From contig JBGAWK010000001.1 of the NCBI GenBank assembly GCA_044227665.1, positions 32,324 through 96,323 of the forward strand: a DNA stretch of 64,000 bases. Direction: 5' to 3'. Positions 58,929-64,000 of the stretch are shown here, piece by piece. The notes under the pieces were generated by a model, which saw only the letters and a program-made list of their open reading frames with translations, searched no databases and had not been told where the DNA came from. A program made the position numbers and the translations under genes. Numbering within the stretch: position 1 is the stretch's first letter; the number at the start of each line of letters is the position of its first letter. This DNA is from Chitinophagales bacterium. Lineage in GTDB: Bacteria > Bacteroidota > Bacteroidia > Chitinophagales > JADIYW01.

Positions 58929-59897
58929 CTATTTGTATTGTGTGGCATAGTCTATAGCACCATAGGTTATAATAATATCTGCACCGGCACGTCGGATGGA
59001 AAGCAATGTTTCTGCCAATACTTTATCATAATCTAGCCATCCTTGTTGTGCTGCTGCTTTAAGCATAGCATATTCACCACTTACATGATAGGCAGCAATA
59101 GGTAATTCCGTATGTTCTCTAAGCAGATGTATAATATCTAGGTAGGCTACGGCGGGCTTTACCATAAGATAGTCAGCACCCTCTTGTGCATCTAGGAAGG
59201 CTTCGCGCAGAGCCTCTCTCTTGTTGGCAGGATTCATCTGATAGGTCTTTTTGTCGCCGGATTTTGGGGCGGAGTCCAGAGCGTCACGAAATGGACCATA
59301 GAAAGCACTTGCATATTTTGCCGTATAAGACATGATGCCTACCTCTGTGTATCCTGCATCATCTAGGGCTTTACGAAGGTACTCCACACGACCATCCATC
59401 ATGTCCGAAGGCCCTATGATATCTATGCCTGCCGCAGCTTGTGCCACACTCATCTTGGCCAGTATAGGCAAGGTGATGTCGTTGATTATCTTGCCATCTT
59501 CTACATAGCCGTCGTGACCATCACTGCTATAGGGATCTAGTGCTACATCGCTGATGAGGCATACTTCCGGGAATTCTTTTTTGATATTGCGGATGATGCG
59601 TAGGTAGAAGTTCTGCTCGCTATAGCTGTAAGTGGCGATTTTATCTTTTAGGCGGTCTTCAACAGCAGGGAAAAGGATATAATTTTTTATTCCCAAAGCA
59701 ACACCTTGTTCTATAGTCGTCAATGCCAAATCTTCACTGAGTCTATATATACCTGGCATGGAGGAGATGGGAATTTTATGCCCTCGCCCATCTACCAAAA
59801 ACAAGGGATATACCAAGTGCTGTGGGGAGAGGGTCGTTTCTGCTACCATATTGCGGATGGCTTCACTGCTGCGATTGCGACGAGGTCTATGTAACAT
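58929..59897 (-). CDS. hemB: Porphobilinogen synthase (delta-aminolevulinate dehydratase)
   Basis: MLHRPRRNRSSEAIRNMVAETTL...PLFLVDG N-terminus. Conserved SYTAKYASAFYGPFRDA and MVKPA blocks. Start taken at ATG 59897 rather than 59924. Confidence 0.9.
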   Translation of the reverse strand: MLHRPRRNRSSEAIRNMVAETTLSPQHLVYPLFLVDGRGHKIPISSMPGIYRLSEDLALTTIEQGVALGIKNYILFPAVEDRLKDKIATYSYSEQNFYLRIIRNIKKEFPEVCLISDVALDPYSSDGHDGYVEDGKIINDITLPILAKMSVAQAAAGIDIIGPSDMMDGRVEYLRKALDDAGYTEVGIMSYTAKYASAFYGPFRDALDSAPKSGDKKTYQMNPANKREALREAFLDAQEGADYLMVKPAVAYLDIIHLLREHTELPIAAYHVSGEYAMLKAAAQQGWLDYDKVLAETLLSIRRAGADIIITYGAIDYATQYK

Positions 59898-60030
59898 AAT
59901 AGCAAAAGTAAGGAACAGAAACATATAGAGAGGAGGGATTTTAATATATATTATTTTTTTACCAAAAGTTTACTTCATAAATTTTTTTATAGTTACAAAT
60001 GGCATCATCTTTGCAAATTACCATTGGAAC

Positions 60031-61539
60031 GTGATATTAAGAGAAAGACCCACTACAGCACGACAATTATATCCTTATCAAAAGGAATATATAGACACGT
60101 TGTTTACCCATCTTATTGACCAAGAGAAAAAGCAAAATCTGCTCTTTCAGCTGCCCACAGGGGGTGGCAAGACGGTTATCTTTTCGGAGATAGCGCGCCG
60201 GTTTATCGCAGAAACAGGAGGTAGAATTCTTATCCTCACACACCGTATAGAGTTAATAAAACAGACATTTCAGGCGCTGGAAGAATTGCACATACCTACA
60301 AAAGTCATTATGAGTGAGGTGGGCAATATAGAGCTGCAAGAGCAGTATAGTTGCTTTCTCGCTATGGTCGAAACGCTCAATAATCGTCTGAAAAATGACG
60401 ATAACTATTTGGATAATATATCCTTGGTGATTGTGGATGAAGCCCATTATAATTCTTTCAGAAAAATATTTCACTATTTCAAAGACAGTATTATACTAGG
60501 CGTTACAGCAACACCGCTGAGCTCGAATCAGAATTTGCCGCTCAAAGAAAATTATGACCAACTGCTCATTGGAGACTCTATCCGAGAATTGATAGCCAAA
60601 GGATTTCTTAGCGATGCCGTGACCTATACCTATGACTTGCATCTCGGGGGACTTAAAATAGGCATAGATGGCGACTATACGGTAAGTTCTCTAGACCGCA
60701 TTTATAGCTCTTATGATATGCAAGACCGCCTTCTTGCTTCCTATGAGCAGCTGACAAAAGGCAGTAAAACCTTGATATTTAACAGTTCTGTGGCTACATC
60801 CAAAATTGTAGAAACACTTTTTACTGATGCCGGATATGCTATCCGACATTTAGACAGCACAAGCAATAAGGTAGAGCGCAAAGAAGCATTACAGTGGCTC
60901 AAAGACACGCCGGATGCTATTATTACCTCTGTAGGCATCTTGACCACAGGCTTTGATGAGCCTACTATAGAAACTATCATGCTCAATAGGGCTACACGCT
61001 CGCTTACATTATATCATCAGATGATAGGCCGTGGTTCTCGTGTGCTGCCACAGAAGAAGAGCTTTAAAGTTATAGATTTAGGCAATAATACAAAGCGTCT
61101 TGGCTTATGGCAGGATTTTATGGACTGGAAAGATATTTTTCATCACCCAGAGCGTTATTTGGAATATTTGCAAAATCGGGAATCCCTATTAGATAAAGGC
61201 TTGCTATATACCGTTACTGCTGAGGTATTACAACATTTGCCTAATACGCCGCATATAGACTTTGATATGGAGGCCACCTGTCGCAATTTGGTAAGCAGAG
61301 GAAAGCCTATGGCGCAAGCATTAGAAGTATCCCTTGAGGATCATGTAGCTATTATCAGCAACAATTCAGAGGACTATGCACAGGCTATGTTTTTAATGAA
61401 GGTGTTAGAAGATGAAATCGTTTTTAGAACCAAAGTCTTTACTAATTGCCTGTCTAAGGCTACGAGAAATTATCAATCGTGGCTATACGATGATTATACC
61501 GACAAGCTGAAACGGAAGATGCGTCAGGTATATGCTTAG
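60031..61539 (+). CDS. Superfamily-2 DEAH-box helicase (ResIII/SSL2-like) with uncharacterised C-terminal domain
   Basis: Motif I QLPTGGGKT, motif II VIVDEAHY, motif III GVTATP, motif V/VI TTGFDEP and QMIGRGSR. GTG start. The last roughly 130 aa are unassigned. Confidence 0.8.
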   Translation: MILRERPTTARQLYPYQKEYIDTLFTHLIDQEKKQNLLFQLPTGGGKTVIFSEIARRFIAETGGRILILTHRIELIKQTFQALEELHIPTKVIMSEVGNIELQEQYSCFLAMVETLNNRLKNDDNYLDNISLVIVDEAHYNSFRKIFHYFKDSIILGVTATPLSSNQNLPLKENYDQLLIGDSIRELIAKGFLSDAVTYTYDLHLGGLKIGIDGDYTVSSLDRIYSSYDMQDRLLASYEQLTKGSKTLIFNSSVATSKIVETLFTDAGYAIRHLDSTSNKVERKEALQWLKDTPDAIITSVGILTTGFDEPTIETIMLNRATRSLTLYHQMIGRGSRVLPQKKSFKVIDLGNNTKRLGLWQDFMDWKDIFHHPERYLEYLQNRESLLDKGLLYTVTAEVLQHLPNTPHIDFDMEATCRNLVSRGKPMAQALEVSLEDHVAIISNNSEDYAQAMFLMKVLEDEIVFRTKVFTNCLSKATRNYQSWLYDDYTDKLKRKMRQVYA

Positions 61540-61540
61540 A

Positions 61541-62581
61541 CTATCTGCCGTTGCCTACTTTGTTTGCCAACTGTCCACAAGCGGCATCTATGTCTTTACC
61601 ACGGCTGCGACGTACTTTGGCAATGATTTTATTTTTTTCTAGCACTTGCAAAAAAGCCTCGGAGGTAGAAGCATCAGACTTTTTATAATCGGCCTCAGCA
61701 ATAGGATTATATTCAATAATATTGACTTTTGCAGGAACTTTTCTTGTGAGACTCAAGAGGTTGTTTGCGTCGTGAATGGTATCATTTACACCTTTTAGCA
61801 AGATATATTCAAAGGTTATTTTGTTTTTGGTCTTACCATAAAAATAATTCAAGGCCTCTACCAATACCGTGAGATTATTGTGCTCATTGATAGGCATAAT
61901 AGTATTTCTTTTCACATCATCAGCAGCATGTAGAGAGAGGGCGAGATTAAATTTTACAGCATCATCAGCCAGCTTATATATCATCTTTGCTATGCCGGCA
62001 GTAGATACCGTGATGCGCTTGGGAGACCAACCCAGCCCTTGGGGAGACGTAATATGGTCTATGGCTGTCATTACAGATTTGTAGTTGAGTAGGGGTTCTC
62101 CCATGCCCATAAATACAATATTGCTAAGGTCGCGACCCATAGCATCTAGTGCCTGACGATTGATAAGAATAATTTGGTCATATATTTCCGAGGCGGTGAG
62201 GTTTCGCTTTCTGCCCATATAGCCTGTAGCGCAGAATTTACAACTTAGGCTGCATCCCACCTGGGAGCTTACACAGGCGGTAGCGCGGGTATCCGTAGGA
62301 ATCATCACACCTTCTATGAGATGTCCGTCATGTAGTTTGAAAACAGATTTTATGGTGCCATCTTCCGAGATGCGACTATCATGTGTATGAATACTCGTAA
62401 ACTCGAAATTTTCTGACAAGGACGCTCGTAAGGAAATAGGGAGGTCGCTCATTTCTTCAAAGGCGAGGGTAGATTTTTGCCATAGCCAAGCATATATTTG
62501 TTTTGCGCGAAAAGCAGGCTGTCCTATACTTTTGATATATTCCTGAATCTCGTTCAGTGATAGGGTTCGTATATCAGCCAT
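61541..62581 (-). CDS. rlmN: 23S rRNA/tRNA adenine-C2 methyltransferase RlmN (radical SAM)
   Basis: FRAKQIYAWLW N-terminus. Radical-SAM cluster motif GCSLSCKFCATG. MGMGEPL block. Confidence 0.9.
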   Translation of the reverse strand: MADIRTLSLNEIQEYIKSIGQPAFRAKQIYAWLWQKSTLAFEEMSDLPISLRASLSENFEFTSIHTHDSRISEDGTIKSVFKLHDGHLIEGVMIPTDTRATACVSSQVGCSLSCKFCATGYMGRKRNLTASEIYDQIILINRQALDAMGRDLSNIVFMGMGEPLLNYKSVMTAIDHITSPQGLGWSPKRITVSTAGIAKMIYKLADDAVKFNLALSLHAADDVKRNTIMPINEHNNLTVLVEALNYFYGKTKNKITFEYILLKGVNDTIHDANNLLSLTRKVPAKVNIIEYNPIAEADYKKSDASTSEAFLQVLEKNKIIAKVRRSRGKDIDAACGQLANKVGNGR

Positions 62582-62987
62582 TATCTTCTTTGATCTTCTG
62601 ACAAATTTCTATCAGCACCCCTCCTGAGGTCTTGGGATGAACGAAACATACCCACTTGTGATTGGCACCTCTAAGCGGTTCGTTGGAAAGTAGTGTAAAG
62701 CCCTGTTCTTGCAGTCGCTGCATTTCTGTGCGGATATCTTCTACTTCAAAGGCTACGTGATGTATGCCTTCTCCTTTGTTTTGTAAAAACTTATGTACCG
62801 TGCTGCTTTCATTCATGGGCATCAATAACTCGACTTTGGTCGTGCCAATCTCGAAGAAAGATACTTCTAAATGCTGACTCTCTACTTTTTCGTGGAAGGA
62901 AGGCATGATGCCAAGCAATTTAGTATATAAGGCATCTGCCGCAGACAAGTTTTTCACCGCCACACCTATATGGTCAATTTGTTTCAT
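62574..62987 (-). CDS. mce: Methylmalonyl-CoA epimerase (VOC/glyoxalase family)
   Basis: IDHIGVAVKNL...VELLMPMNESSTVHKFLQNKGEGIHHVAFEVEDI is the typical MCE pattern. 137 aa. Confidence 0.75.
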   Translation of the reverse strand: MKQIDHIGVAVKNLSAADALYTKLLGIMPSFHEKVESQHLEVSFFEIGTTKVELLMPMNESSTVHKFLQNKGEGIHHVAFEVEDIRTEMQRLQEQGFTLLSNEPLRGANHKWVCFVHPKTSGGVLIEICQKIKEDNG

Positions 62988-63051
62988 TAAGAAATTTTAT
63001 TTTACAAAAATAGAAAGAAAATAGTCATGAAGAAGTAACAGCATTGGGGCA

Positions 63052-63780
63052 TTATTTTTTCTTCTTTTTCTTGTCAAGAGGCTTGTTTTTGTCGGCGTAA
63101 AAATTTGTCCAATAGGGGTTACGGGCATTATAGAGATAAATATTCTTGTCTAAAGCCTCAGAAATGGGATTTTCGTCGAATAGTGCTTTTACATAAGGAT
63201 CACGCTCAATAGCTTTCATTGCAGAATTAAAATTGAGATCTTGGATTTTTCCGCTGTTGAGGTCTAAAATTTTTCTGGCAACAAATTGATATTTTTCCTG
63301 ATAAGGTTTGTTGGTCATGGCGTTGGTATTATAGCCAGGTTTATTGCCCTCTATAGTAAATACGCAATATCTTCCTATCGTCACTATCCTAAAAAATGTG
63401 ACCACCTCTTTACCAAAAATATTTTGCATAAAAAACTTTTCTCCAGTATTACTACCGGCTTCCATTGCAGAGCCCCGATAGTTGATATAAGGTTTTCCCT
63501 TATAACACACGCCCCACACACTCTTGATAGTCAATGTTTTATACTTTCCTTTCGAGTTTTTCACTTGTATTTTATATATGTTGGCAAGATGAAATTGATT
63601 GCTGTCAATTTTTAGAACCTTTACCCCTAAAAATGGATAGGTTGGACGGTCGTATTTAAAATCTTCATAGGTAAGATAGATGCCATCCTGAAATTTGTGA
63701 TTTTCTGCAATAAGTACAGAGTCCTGACAATAGGCAGCAAATACCTGAAAAAGCATCAATAGGAACAAAAATCTATGCAT
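63052..63780 (-). CDS. Hypothetical secreted protein with poly-lysine C-terminus
   Basis: Signal peptide MHRFLFLLMLFQVFAAYCQ. 242 aa ending in KPLDKKKKKK. No recognised domain. Confidence 0.5.
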   Translation of the reverse strand: MHRFLFLLMLFQVFAAYCQDSVLIAENHKFQDGIYLTYEDFKYDRPTYPFLGVKVLKIDSNQFHLANIYKIQVKNSKGKYKTLTIKSVWGVCYKGKPYINYRGSAMEAGSNTGEKFFMQNIFGKEVVTFFRIVTIGRYCVFTIEGNKPGYNTNAMTNKPYQEKYQFVARKILDLNSGKIQDLNFNSAMKAIERDPYVKALFDENPISEALDKNIYLYNARNPYWTNFYADKNKPLDKKKKKK

Positions 63781-63860
63781 CAGAGATGCAAATTAACATT
63801 TTTTAAGAATTAATAAAAATAAATTTATTAGAAAGGGGAGGCAGGTTAAAAAAACAGGGC

Positions 63861-64000
63861 TTACACCTTCCAGTCAGGATCGCTGAGCTCTCTCTCAATA
63901 TGATGTACCTCTACCCGTAGGTTATATTTTTCGAGAATATGTTTTGCTACTGCTTCGGCGCAATATACAGATCGGTGTTGCCCACCGGTACAGCCGAAAT
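63861..64000 (-). CDS. rapZ: RNase adapter/nucleotide-binding protein RapZ (YhbJ family), C-terminal fragment; gene continues past the right edge
   Basis: Hand translation of the minus strand gives ...FGCTGGQHRSVYCAEAVAKHILEKYNLRVEVHHIERELSDPDWKV with its stop at 63863-63861. GCTGGxHRSV is the conserved RapZ C-terminal block. It is not in the ORF track because it has no start in the window. Confidence 0.7.
   Translation of the reverse strand, partial: FGCTGGQHRSVYCAEAVAKHILEKYNLRVEVHHIERELSDPDWKV

Noticed and set aside
1-64000. Search for rRNA, tRNA, CRISPR arrays, transposases, integrases, toxin-antitoxin pairs or recognisable defence genes
   Set aside because: None were recognised by eye. 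There are no T-loop-like GGTTCGAATCC-type motifs, no regularly spaced repeats and no DDE, tyrosine-recombinase or phage-like ORFs. The stand-alone SF2 helicase (60031-61539) sits between hemB and rlmN with no nuclease or methylase partner, so I do not call it a defence system.

Overview
This 64-kb segment reads as a Bacteroidota chromosome. Supporting signs are a PorP/SprF T9SS protein, T9SS C-terminal sorting domains, a GldB-like lipoprotein, the MoxR/DUF58/BatA-B-C operon and TAnnTTTG-type -7 promoter boxes. It is gene-dense (about 62 CDS) and almost entirely core or housekeeping. Content includes a diamino-sugar cassette, the Bat operon, nadE, split metH behind a SAM-I riboswitch, and mutL with two rhomboids and an EEP protein. 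It also includes a trans-sulfuration enzyme, dps-ahpC-ahpD, hisB, mnmG, scpA and a SigH/RsrA-like ECF sigma/anti-sigma pair. Further genes are an O-antigen ligase with GT4 and nadD, nadA, lpxH, pstSCAB-phoU, pepP, two tandem T9SS esterases, hemB, an SF2 helicase, rlmN, mce and a rapZ fragment. I saw no rRNA, tRNA, CRISPR array, transposase, integrase or phage genes. One large ORF at the left edge (LamG/PKD surface protein) is missing from the supplied ORF track because it runs off the window. Non-coding features I can support are a clear SAM-I riboswitch, a GC hairpin terminator flanked by two copies of a 16/14-bp CACGTG-centred palindrome, a perfect 50-bp palindrome 4 nt upstream of an esterase gene, and a 620-bp AT-rich ORF-free region upstream of nadA. 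I did not find a convincing self-contained novel multi-gene system such as a defence island or mobile element. The most unusual items are: (1) nadA coupled to a fold-type III PLP deaminase-like gene with no nadB or nadC nearby; (2) the paired palindromes; (3) a sigma factor whose conserved N-terminus lies upstream of any canonical start codon; (4) a Wzy-like protein paired with a membrane-anchored glycosidase. All functional calls come from motif recognition by eye. No database search was run.
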